From a bacterium (GTDB taxonomy: Bacteria > Patescibacteriota > Minisyncoccia > UBA6257 > 02-FULL-45-10c): DNA of 64,000 nt. This document shows positions 18,735 through 27,965 of this stretch, piece by piece (positions within the stretch are counted from its first letter, which is position 1; each line of letters opens with the position of its first letter). Below the pieces are notes generated by a model. It saw only the letters and a program-made list of their open reading frames with translations, was not told the origin of the DNA and did not search any database. Both the position numbers and the translations under genes were made by a program. Where the stretch lies: positions 19,707-83,706 of the forward strand of contig JAUSKT010000021.1 in assembly GCA_030646915.1 (NCBI GenBank). The letters are read 5' to 3'.

Positions 18735-19870
18735 AAATTTTAACAATTGGTTCTGAAAGGAATCTTTTTAAAGATAATTCGGAAGCTCAAAAAAGAATTA
18801 AAGAATATGGGCAGCTTTATGACGAGTTAAGAATTATTGTTTTTAGTAATGCCGCAGATGAAAATAGCAATCTTCAATTGGGCGGGAACATTTTTATTTA
18901 TCCTACAAATCACAAAGTTAAATTATTTTATCTTTGGGATATTTATAAAATTGTAAATTCATGGAATTCATGGAAACCAGATATGATTACTTGCCAGGAT
19001 CCTTTTGAATCTGGTTTGGCTGGCTGGCTGTTGAAATTTTTTTTAAAAACCTCGCTTCAGCTGCAAGTTCACACTGATATTTTCAGCCCTTATTTTGGGC
19101 AAGAGTCGTTAAAAAATAAAATTCAATTGATGCTGGCTAAATTTTTATTACCGAAGGCAGATGGCATTCGCGTTGTTTCGGAAAGGATAAAACAGTCACT
19201 TAAGTCGAATGTCAAAGGTCAAATGTCAAATGTTATTGTATTGCCGATTTTTGTTGATATTAAGAAAATCCAATCTGCCAAAATAAAAGCTGATCTCCAT
19301 AAAAAATATCCGGATTATGATTTTATAATTCTAATGGCATCTAGGCTAAGTAAAGAAAAAAATATTGGAATGGCGATTGAGGCAATGAAAGAACTAAGTT
19401 TAAAGTCAAAAGTAAAAAGTAAAATGCTATTGTTGATTGTCGGTGATGGGCCAGAAAAAGAAAAGTTAATAGTTAAATGTCGAATGTTAAATGTTGTTGA
19501 TAATGTAAAGTTTGAGCCATGGACAGATGATTTGGTTTCTTACTATAAAACCTCTGATTTATTTTTGCTTATTTCCAATTATGAGGGATATGGCCGGACA
19601 GCAATAGAAGCAATGGCAGCTGGATTGCCGGTTGTTATGACTGATGTTGGTTTGGCTGGAGAAATATTAGTTGATGATTTAGATGGCAGAATAGTGCCGG
19701 TTGGAGATGCAAAAGCGCTTATAGAAGCAATTCTGCAATTACTAGAAAATCCTCTTAAAAGAGAAGAATTTAAGCAAAATAGCTTAAAATCGTTGAAAAA
19801 ATGGCCCACAAAAAAGGAATATTTGGAAAGATACAAAAATTCATTGAGTTTTAATAAGATGTTAAAATAA
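18731..19870 (+). CDS. GT4 glycosyltransferase
   Basis: SRL-KEK, GDGPE and EGYGRTAIEAMA motifs. Confidence 0.9.
   Translation: MKILTIGSERNLFKDNSEAQKRIKEYGQLYDELRIIVFSNAADENSNLQLGGNIFIYPTNHKVKLFYLWDIYKIVNSWNSWKPDMITCQDPFESGLAGWLLKFFLKTSLQLQVHTDIFSPYFGQESLKNKIQLMLAKFLLPKADGIRVVSERIKQSLKSNVKGQMSNVIVLPIFVDIKKIQSAKIKADLHKKYPDYDFIILMASRLSKEKNIGMAIEAMKELSLKSKVKSKMLLLIVGDGPEKEKLIVKCRMLNVVDNVKFEPWTDDLVSYYKTSDLFLLISNYEGYGRTAIEAMAAGLPVVMTDVGLAGEILVDDLDGRIVPVGDAKALIEAILQLLENPLKREEFKQNSLKSLKKWPTKKEYLERYKNSLSFNKMLK
19200..19495 (+). repeat. Three intragenic 7-nt arrays (19200-19234, 19394-19428, 19461-19495)
   Basis: For example ttaagtc gaatgtc aaaggtc aaatgtc aaatgtt, and aaaagtt aatagtt aaatgtc gaatgtt aaatgtt. 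Confidence 0.8.
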
Positions 19871-19876
19871 ATTCAT

Positions 19877-21529
19877 ATGAAAGAGACTTTGGGAAAGATT
19901 TTTCAGCCAAAACTAATTCTTCTTTATATATTAGTTTTTGCTTTTTTAGTTAGGGTTGTGGGCATTAGCTACGGCTTGCCGCTTTGGTTGATTGATGACG
20001 AACCACCGTTTACTTTGGCAGCGCTAAAAATGATCCAGTTAAAAACTTTATTGCCAGTTTTTCATTTAGAGGAATTTCGAACAGTTTTATACTATCCGCC
20101 ATACCTTTCTTATTTATATCTTCTACCATTCTCAATTTTATTGGGGATAAAATATCTTTTTTTTAGCGGCGGACGAGACCAATTTATTTATTATCTTACC
20201 AGTGATTTATCCCAGTTTTTTTTGATTGCCCGTTTTTTAAATGTAGTGCTAGGCGTTTTTTCCGTGGCAATGCTTTATAAAGTCGCTAAAAATATTTTTA
20301 AAAGTGAATTTGTTGGTTTATTGTCCGCCTTTTTTTTATCTACTAGTTTATTCCATATTCTTATGTCGGCTAATGGCAGGCATTGGTTGCCAGTATCCTT
20401 TTTTATTATATTAGTGCTTTGGCTTTTAAATTTAGATTGGGAATTTCGGAAAAGGTATTTCGCTGCGATTTTGGCTGTTGGTATTGGAATGGGCGTGAGC
20501 ATGATTAATATTTTATTGTTATTATTAATTGCCTGCTGGTACGTATTTTATGAACGAAGGCGCTTATCGGATTTAATTAAGGAAAAGTATTTTTATTTTG
20601 GAATACTACTTTTTATTTTATTGGCAATTTTGCCGGGAATTTTGTATCCGCAAAGCTTTGGATTCCGTGGAGATGTAACTTTTAAGGAGGGTAAATCAAT
20701 TTTGGGAATTGCCGCCAGCCCATTTTTATTTTTAAAACCGGCGGCATTATCTGAGCCAATTTTAATTATTTTTGCGGTTTTGGGACTGATGTTCTCTTTC
20801 TTTTATTTAAAAAACTTTTTTTGGCCGGTATTTATTTTCTTGTACGCATATAGCGGAATTTTTTATTTATTTTTCCGGTACGAGCATAGGTTTACCCTTC
20901 CACTTTTCCCATTATTGGCAATAATGTCAGCTTATGGATTTACGGAAGTTTATAAAAGAATCAGCGGACGGTTCCCATCATTTTTTTTAATGCTTATTTT
21001 GGCGCTGCCCCTGATTTTTTCTTTAAGATTAAGCTATTTAATGTATCAGAATGATTCGCGCAATCATTTAATAAATTGGATTAAGGATAATATTCCAACC
21101 AATTCCAAAATTTTAGTTTATGCGAGGCTGGCTCGCTTGCCGGCTACTCCAGAAGCCGTCAAAGAACAAAGAGCAATTGATTCGGGATCATTAAGAAAAG
21201 TAGATTTAGCAGAAGAAAGTTTACCTAAGCAATTGAGTTTTCACGCCTTAAATTTATACGATGTGAATAATCAGGAATTTTATAATAATATTGAACAATA
21301 TATCCATGATCACCAATATAATTATCTTTTTATAGGAGGAATTAATATCCAAGAGTCAGCTTATTTGGAGCAATTGCAAAAAATTGCGGATACTGGCATA
21401 TTATTAAAATCTTTTGGGAGATTTCAAGAAGACTATTCTCCTTCAATTGGCCAATTATTCGGCAACCCTTTTTATCTTTTTCAACTAAAAGAATTTGGTC
21501 CGCCCATAGCAATTTATAAATTACCATAA
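19877..21529 (+). CDS. GT-C fold glycosyltransferase (PMT_2-like)
   Basis: GLP--L-DDEP, YPP and AR-L motifs; multiple TM helices. Confidence 0.8.
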   Translation: MKETLGKIFQPKLILLYILVFAFLVRVVGISYGLPLWLIDDEPPFTLAALKMIQLKTLLPVFHLEEFRTVLYYPPYLSYLYLLPFSILLGIKYLFFSGGRDQFIYYLTSDLSQFFLIARFLNVVLGVFSVAMLYKVAKNIFKSEFVGLLSAFFLSTSLFHILMSANGRHWLPVSFFIILVLWLLNLDWEFRKRYFAAILAVGIGMGVSMINILLLLLIACWYVFYERRRLSDLIKEKYFYFGILLFILLAILPGILYPQSFGFRGDVTFKEGKSILGIAASPFLFLKPAALSEPILIIFAVLGLMFSFFYLKNFFWPVFIFLYAYSGIFYLFFRYEHRFTLPLFPLLAIMSAYGFTEVYKRISGRFPSFFLMLILALPLIFSLRLSYLMYQNDSRNHLINWIKDNIPTNSKILVYARLARLPATPEAVKEQRAIDSGSLRKVDLAEESLPKQLSFHALNLYDVNNQEFYNNIEQYIHDHQYNYLFIGGINIQESAYLEQLQKIADTGILLKSFGRFQEDYSPSIGQLFGNPFYLFQLKEFGPPIAIYKLP

Positions 21530-22266
21530 TGAAAATCGTTATTATTATCCCAACTTATAATGAAAAAGAATCTATTGGCGAACTGATAGATGCGCTGGAA
21601 AGCGAATTTTTACTAATTTCCTCTCATGAAATGCATATCTTAATTGTGGATGGAAATTCTCCGGACGGCACGGCAGAAGCAATAAAGCAAAAACAGAAAA
21701 TTTATCACAATGTAGATCTAATAATAGAAAAAGAAAAGCGGGGATTAGGAATGGCATATATAGCGGGAATGAAATATGCAGTAAATCACTTGAATGCTGA
21801 TGCTTTTATAGAATTTGATGGAGATTTTCAACACGATCCAAAAGATATCAAACGCTTAATCGCAGAATTGGACAATGGGTATGACTATGTTATCGGTTCT
21901 AGATATGTTGCGGGGGGCGGTGTCCCCGGAGATTGGGCATTTCATAGGAAATTACTTAGTAAATTTGGTAGCTTATTTATTAAATTAGTTTTATCCCTAC
22001 CAACCAATGATAATACTTCGGGATTGAAATTATCCAGAGTAAAAGGATTTTTTGATAAGTTGCCATTAGATGAAAATAAAATTTTATCCAAGCGCCACGC
22101 TTATAAAATTCATCTTTTATATGAAATGATGCGTTTAGGAGTGAAAGTAAAAGAAATCCCAATTGTTTTTTTAGAGCGGGAAAGCGGCAATTCAAAAAGT
22201 TCATTTGAGGATATTATTGAGTCTCTAAAAGTAACCCTATCTTTATTTTTTAAAAAGAAATTTTAA
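21529..22266 (+). CDS. GT2, polyprenol-phosphate mannose synthase (DPM1)-like
   Basis: IPTYNE, VDGNSPDGT, GLG-AY, DGDFQHDP and GSRYV motifs. Confidence 0.88.
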   Translation: MKIVIIIPTYNEKESIGELIDALESEFLLISSHEMHILIVDGNSPDGTAEAIKQKQKIYHNVDLIIEKEKRGLGMAYIAGMKYAVNHLNADAFIEFDGDFQHDPKDIKRLIAELDNGYDYVIGSRYVAGGGVPGDWAFHRKLLSKFGSLFIKLVLSLPTNDNTSGLKLSRVKGFFDKLPLDENKILSKRHAYKIHLLYEMMRLGVKVKEIPIVFLERESGNSKSSFEDIIESLKVTLSLFFKKKF

Positions 22267-22267
22267 T

Positions 22268-23205
22268 ATGCTTGAATACCCTGATAAATTAGTTTTAAGA
22301 ATAAATGAGCTTTATTATACTTTAGGAGGAGAAGATTATGATTGTTCTCATGAAGAAATCTTAATATTGGAACCACCTCGCTGGAAAAGAGTTGCTGGAG
22401 CTTTAGTCGCTAATTCAGCACATCAGAAAAAGACTATACTAGACGTTGGTTCCGGTACGGGATTTGTAGCAACAGTTCTTGGCCCGTATTTAACTGATAA
22501 GGATCAGTTTATTTGCTTAGACATTTCTCAAAAGTTCTTAGATCAATGCAAATTAAATTTAGAAAATAAAAAATTTAAGTGTCAATTAGTCTATAAACAA
22601 TATAATGGAATGCTTTTACCCTTTGAAGATAAATCTATTGATATTTTGACTTTGAATTCTGTTTTGCATCATATTCCCAATACAGAATTATTTCTTGGCG
22701 AGGTGGACAGAGTTTTAAAAAGAGGAGGATATTTAGTAATTGGCCATGAAGCAAATCGGAGATTTTATAAAAATAAAGCCGTTTGGACCTTATATCGAAT
22801 TTTATATGTTTTTTTAATCCGTCATCCATTATAGATATATTAACAAGGCGAGGATTTTTAAAAATAAAAAATAACCCTTTTTCGGATTCTAAAAATAAAT
22901 ATGATGAGATATCCAATAGAATAAATGAAATATTATTGTCCGAGGGTTTAATTAAAGAAAAATTTTCTAAACTTAAAATTGATAGCATAGTGGAATATTA
23001 TGTGCATAGGGGATTTGATATAGATGATATAAACAAAAGTTTAAACTATAAATTATTATACATTGAAACATATAATCACCTATGGTGGGTAATGAATAAG
23101 CATTATAAAAATCCACTAATTATTTTTTTAAATAAGATTTTGGGCATTTTATATCCATTGGATGGCAAAAATATGTTTTTAGTATTAGAGAAACCAAAAA
23201 TTTAA
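22268..23205 (+). pseudogene. Class I SAM methyltransferase split by a frameshift at a T7 run (22809-22815)
   Basis: ORF 22268-22834 (LDVGSGTG, LHHIP) overlaps ORF 22783-23205 in the -1 frame; one extra T joins them. Confidence 0.7.
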
Positions 23206-23223
23206 TTAAGAGTTTTATTGATT

Positions 23224-24369
23224 ATGAGCAGTTCAAAAATTAAAATTGCTATTATGTCTGATGTGATTGACCGTCGTCCGGAGCGTGCGGTTTATGGGCG
23301 GCGGTTAGTGGAAAATTTACTGAAACATCCGGAGTTGGATATTTACCTTATTCATTATAAGAAAATGCCGGATGATCCGCTTTATGACCGTGTGCACGAA
23401 ATTTTAATACCTTTAATGCCACTACCATGGGCATCGCATTTTTTCTCTTTTATTTGGTTTTGTCTGACTACTAAGGAAAAATTTGATATAGTACATTGGC
23501 TGGTAAATCGCCCATATCCATTTTTTTGGTGGATACCGACAAAGAAGACTGTGGTTACCGTTCATGGAGGAACTGGGGAGCGGGCGCCCCACATTTTTAC
23601 GATTCCTAATTTATTTTTTAATTTTTTTCTACGCCATTTTAATCATCATATGGATGCAGCTATCGCAGTCTCTGAATATGGAAATAAAGAGGCGATTTAC
23701 GATTATCATATTTTACCGGAAAAAGTTTTTACAATTTATAACGGCATTGATCCGATTTACCGCCAGTTGTCGGAAAATGTTGTGCGTCAAACGCTTAAAA
23801 AATATAATGTTAATTTTGAAAAATATTTTCTTTATCTTGGGGGATTGCAAACGCATAAGAATGTTAAACGTTTAGTTGAGGCTTATATTTTATTACGCGA
23901 TTCCCGTTCAATTAAAGAAAAATTAATAATTATCGGAAGGACTTCTTATGGAGCCAAAGAAGTCCATGGAACAGCGCTTAATTCAAAATATTCCAGTGAT
24001 ATTTTATTCATTAATTATGTGTCATTGGAAGATTCGCCAGCTTTTTATTGCGGAGCAACCGCTTTGGTATTCCCTTCTTTAAATGAAGGTTTCGGTTTAC
24101 CAGTTGTGGAAGCGATGAGTTGCGGTATTCCAGTAATTACTTCTGATTCGACTTCCTTGCCAGAAGTTTCCGGAGGAGCGGCAATATTAATAAATCCGTA
24201 TAAAGTTGAAGAAATAATGAATGCAATGAGAAAAATAGTAGAAAATGAGAATTTAAGAAAAGAGATGGTGGTTAAGGGGATAATTAGAGCAAAAATTTTC
24301 ACCTGGGAAAAGCATGTGGAAGAAACCCTCATCTTATATAAGAAGATTTTAAATACGGATCAGTCATAA
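23224..24369 (+). CDS. GT4 glycosyltransferase (MtfB/WbaZ-like mannosyltransferase type)
   Basis: YNGID, HKNV--L and FPSLNEGFGLPVVEAM motifs. Confidence 0.9.
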   Translation: MSSSKIKIAIMSDVIDRRPERAVYGRRLVENLLKHPELDIYLIHYKKMPDDPLYDRVHEILIPLMPLPWASHFFSFIWFCLTTKEKFDIVHWLVNRPYPFFWWIPTKKTVVTVHGGTGERAPHIFTIPNLFFNFFLRHFNHHMDAAIAVSEYGNKEAIYDYHILPEKVFTIYNGIDPIYRQLSENVVRQTLKKYNVNFEKYFLYLGGLQTHKNVKRLVEAYILLRDSRSIKEKLIIIGRTSYGAKEVHGTALNSKYSSDILFINYVSLEDSPAFYCGATALVFPSLNEGFGLPVVEAMSCGIPVITSDSTSLPEVSGGAAILINPYKVEEIMNAMRKIVENENLRKEMVVKGIIRAKIFTWEKHVEETLILYKKILNTDQS

Positions 24370-24398
24370 AAATATCCACGCGATAGGTTATTTAATTT

Positions 24399-24463
24399 TT
24401 GACATTTTTTTAAAAAAATAGTAAGCTATACCCAGTTCATTTACTTACAAAATAATAAAGGAG
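24399..24463 (+). promoter_or_regulatory. Promoter and RBS of the radical SAM gene
   Basis: TTGACA-17-TAAGCT; AAGGAG at 24458-24463. Confidence 0.6.
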
Positions 24464-24469
24464 CGACCA

Positions 24470-26299
24470 ATGCAGAAGCGCATAATTCTCGTGATGAAAA
24501 AATACATTATTGAGCCGCTTGGCGTAATGCATTTAGCAGGCATCGCAAAAGAGCTTGGATTAGACGTAAGGATCTTCTTGCATGAAGATTTCAATTTCCA
24601 GCCGCTTTTTGAAGAAATAGAATCTTTTAAGCCTGACTGGGTTGGTTTTTCCACCTGGACAGGGGCGCATCTCCAGACTTTCAGAGCAGCGGACATAATC
24701 CGCAAAATGGGCGTTAAGGTCGCAATCGGCGGTCCTCACGCAACTTATTTTTCTGAAGAGTGCGCGGGGCATGCTGATGCAGTTGCAAAAGGAGAAAGCT
24801 TCAGGATTTTACGGCAGATACTTACCGGAGTTTCATTGCCAGGAATTGTTGAAGCATCGCCGCGGATTTTTTTTGACACACAGCCTAGGGTGGAAGACTT
24901 TCCTCTGCCATCTGCGGGGCGCGATATTGTTTATCACCGCTATCCAGATCTAGGCGCAAGTCCGATCAAGAGCATTATGGGTTCAACTGGATGCCCCTTT
25001 CACTGCAGCTACTGTAATTCGCCTCACTTAAATGAGATGTATGGCGGATTTGAGAAAGTTTTCCGCGTGCGTCCGATAGATGACATCATACGAGAGGCGG
25101 TGCATGTGCGGGATGAATGGGGTGCAGAGATGTTTTATTTTCAGGATGATATTTTCGGGTATAGGATAGATTGGCTAACCGAATTTTCCCGTCGCTGGAA
25201 AAAAGAAGTTGGAATACCTTGGCACTGCCAAATCCGCTTGGAACTTATAAAGGGAGATGTCGGTTTGCGCAGGCTAGAACTTTTCCGTGAAGGGCTTTGT
25301 AGCGGCATTACACTTGCTATTGAGTCTGGCGATGATTTCTTGCGGGAGTTTGTCCTTTTGCGTCCGATGCCCCATGAATTGATTGTAGAGGGGTGTAAGA
25401 AGATCATGGATTTCGGATTGACTCTTAGGACAGAACAGATTTTACAGATTCCATTCTCAAATCTAAAAACAGACCTTTCAACTTTGAAACTGAACTGCGA
25501 GATTTGCCCACAAATGAGCTGGTCGTCAATTCTCGCTCCCTTTGGAGAAACTAATATGGGTAAAATTGCCCATAACTTCGGTTTCTATACTGGGAATAAT
25601 GATGACTTGGATGAAGTATTCTATTTTGACTACAGTCAGCTTCGGCATTCAGAAACAGCAAAATCCGTTATTGAACCTATAGCAAGAAAGATATCTGAAG
25701 AGAAAAAGACACAACGTTTTGAAAGCCCGCTTCTTAAGATGTTCGCCAAGCCAGGAGAGAATGAATCTCTTGTTTCTGATGTTTATTACCGAGATGAAAG
25801 CTTGATCGGCATAAAGCCGGAATCGCTTTGTAAAATTCAATTCATGAATGATGAAGAAAATACCCGTTATTGTGATCAGACTTCCCGCCTGCAGAGACTC
25901 TTCAACTGGCTTTCTAAAGTTCCGCAAGGCTGGAAACTTGGAGAAAAATGGACAAGTCTTCCTAAAGAAGATTGGACATTTGCCAAGCTTGGAGAACTTA
26001 CTGAGGCGCACTTAAAAGAGTGTGGCTATGGAGAGCGGGCAGAAAAATGGAAAATAGAATTTGCAGCTCGTTTAGGATGTTCGGCGGATAATCTTCCGCC
26101 GGGAATCCGCGACAATCCTCTTTACTTCTGTTTTTTCCCGTCCAGCGATGAATTCGCGAAACGAATACAGGAGAAAAAAATCTTTGATTTGGATTCCTGG
26201 AAGTTCTTTAATGCATTAGGCGGAGAAGCGCGTCGATGGCTATTTAGTAGATTCGTTTATAAGACTGATGCTGCCACGCCTCCAATTGCGAAAGCTTAA
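24470..26299 (+). CDS. Cobalamin-binding radical SAM protein with a long C-terminal extension
   Basis: PLG--LA and IGGPHAT (B12-binding-like domain); GCPFHCSYC (CxxxCxxC); F-DD-F. Confidence 0.85.
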   Translation: MQKRIILVMKKYIIEPLGVMHLAGIAKELGLDVRIFLHEDFNFQPLFEEIESFKPDWVGFSTWTGAHLQTFRAADIIRKMGVKVAIGGPHATYFSEECAGHADAVAKGESFRILRQILTGVSLPGIVEASPRIFFDTQPRVEDFPLPSAGRDIVYHRYPDLGASPIKSIMGSTGCPFHCSYCNSPHLNEMYGGFEKVFRVRPIDDIIREAVHVRDEWGAEMFYFQDDIFGYRIDWLTEFSRRWKKEVGIPWHCQIRLELIKGDVGLRRLELFREGLCSGITLAIESGDDFLREFVLLRPMPHELIVEGCKKIMDFGLTLRTEQILQIPFSNLKTDLSTLKLNCEICPQMSWSSILAPFGETNMGKIAHNFGFYTGNNDDLDEVFYFDYSQLRHSETAKSVIEPIARKISEEKKTQRFESPLLKMFAKPGENESLVSDVYYRDESLIGIKPESLCKIQFMNDEENTRYCDQTSRLQRLFNWLSKVPQGWKLGEKWTSLPKEDWTFAKLGELTEAHLKECGYGERAEKWKIEFAARLGCSADNLPPGIRDNPLYFCFFPSSDEFAKRIQEKKIFDLDSWKFFNALGGEARRWLFSRFVYKTDAATPPIAKA

Positions 26300-26305
26300 G
26301 TTAAT

Positions 26306-26332
26306 CGCCCCAACTAAGGTTGGGGCGTTTTT
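26306..26332 (+). terminator. Intrinsic terminator
   Basis: CGCCCCAAC-taag-GTTGGGGCG followed by TTTTT. Confidence 0.9.
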
Positions 26333-26445
26333 ATTGGATATTTTATAAAATATGGACCAGTATAAGAGATTAATTCCTCTTGAGTCGTAAGGATATGATA
26401 TTCTTTGAGAAGTATCTAAATGCATTAATTCCTTGTTTTAAATAT

Positions 26446-26856
26446 ATGGAAATGCCGCTTTCTGAAATATTAGACCGCCATTCAATTGTACGATTAAAAA
26501 TCGAGCGGCTTTCTCCTGTCCAAAAAAATGCTGAACCGTTATTACAGAGGGAATTTGCGGCTTATAGCGCTGCTATTGAAGATTTTCATAAAAAAAATAT
26601 TGAGGTTAAAAAAGAATGGCTGGAAGGCCTTTATAAGATTAATGGGCGTTGTTGGGATTTAGAAGCGGATATTCGCCAGGGAAAGGAGAAGAAATTGGGT
26701 TTGGAAGAAGTGGGTAGGAGGGCTTTATTGCTACGAGATATCAATAGCGAACGGGTAGCTTTAAAAAATAAAATTACTAAAGAAAGCGGCTTGGGTTTTC
26801 CAGAAATTAAAACTAATCATGCTTCCGCAAATCCAAATGAGGATTTTTCCAAATGA
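26446..26856 (+). CDS. Helical protein, DUF6165-like
   Basis: E--DR-SI--LK and IN---WDLE-DIR...N--R--LK--I pattern. ATG 26446 preferred. Confidence 0.55.
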   Translation: MEMPLSEILDRHSIVRLKIERLSPVQKNAEPLLQREFAAYSAAIEDFHKKNIEVKKEWLEGLYKINGRCWDLEADIRQGKEKKLGLEEVGRRALLLRDINSERVALKNKITKESGLGFPEIKTNHASANPNEDFSK

Positions 26857-27965
26857 AATTAGTTTACCTTGCGAACTTCCGTATTCCGACTAAAAGAGCG
26901 CACGGAGTACAGATCATGAAAATGGCTGAGGCATTTGCCAAAAGAGGAATTGAAGTGGAACTGCTGATCCCTTGGCGTTTTGACGGTTTAAATGAAGATC
27001 CATTTGTTTATCATCAGGCCAAAAAAATTTTTAAAATTCGGACTTTGCCCAATTTAGATTTACTTCAATGGCCGGTTGGTAAGCTGGGATTTGTAATTAC
27101 TACCATCAGTTTTTTATTGTCGGCAAAATTTTATTTATTTTTTAAAAGATACGACGTTTTATACACTCGAGAGCCGTTATCTGGATTATTTTTTTCTAAT
27201 TTTATTTTAGAAATACATCACTTGCCTGAAAAAATCAGTTCTACCTATAAATATTTTTTTAAGAAAGCAAAGTTGATTGTAATGCTCAATAATTTTTTGA
27301 AAAAGGAAATAGCCGGCGCCGGAGTTCCCGGAAATAAAATTTTGGTATTTCCGGACTGTGTAGATTTGGAAGAATTTGACCAGAATATTTCCAAGGAAAC
27401 CGCCAGAAAAAAAATAGATTTGCCATTGGATAAAAAAATAGTAGTTTATACCGGAAGTTTTTCTATTTATGATTGGAAGGGGGTTGATGTTCTATTGGAA
27501 GCAGCTAAGTCTTTTGGGAATGATTATCTTTTTGTAGGTGTCGGCGCCCATAACGAAGAGGAGATGAAGCAATTAGAAGATCGGTATCCGCTTAAGAATA
27601 TTTTATTAAAATATTTCATACCTCATCAATCGGTGATTTGGTATTTAAAAGCAGCGGATATTTTGGTTTTACCTAATAAATCCGGGAATGCTATATCTGT
27701 ATGGCATACTTCACCGCTAAAATTATTTGAATATATGGCGGTTCAGCGACCCATTATAAGTTCGGATTTGCCATCGATCCGAGAGGTAGTAGGCGAGGAA
27801 GAAGTTTTTTTAGTAAAACCGAATAAGCCAGAGGATTTGTCTAAAGCGATATCTTTTCTTTCTGGAGAGAAAGATTTACAGCTAAAATTAGCTGCAAATG
27901 CTTATAATAAAGTAAAAAATTATACATGGGATAAAAGAGTAGCGGCAATTTATGAAAAATTTTAA
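26853..27965 (+). CDS. GT4 glycosyltransferase
   Basis: R-PT--AHG-Q, WKGVD and SPLKLFEYMA motifs. Confidence 0.88.
   Translation: MKLVYLANFRIPTKRAHGVQIMKMAEAFAKRGIEVELLIPWRFDGLNEDPFVYHQAKKIFKIRTLPNLDLLQWPVGKLGFVITTISFLLSAKFYLFFKRYDVLYTREPLSGLFFSNFILEIHHLPEKISSTYKYFFKKAKLIVMLNNFLKKEIAGAGVPGNKILVFPDCVDLEEFDQNISKETARKKIDLPLDKKIVVYTGSFSIYDWKGVDVLLEAAKSFGNDYLFVGVGAHNEEEMKQLEDRYPLKNILLKYFIPHQSVIWYLKAADILVLPNKSGNAISVWHTSPLKLFEYMAVQRPIISSDLPSIREVVGEEEVFLVKPNKPEDLSKAISFLSGEKDLQLKLAANAYNKVKNYTWDKRVAAIYEKF

Noticed and set aside
18951-18976. AATTCATGG x2 (NSWNSW) in a GT4
   Set aside because: Only two 9-nt units; too short to separate from chance or to assign to the heptamer family.
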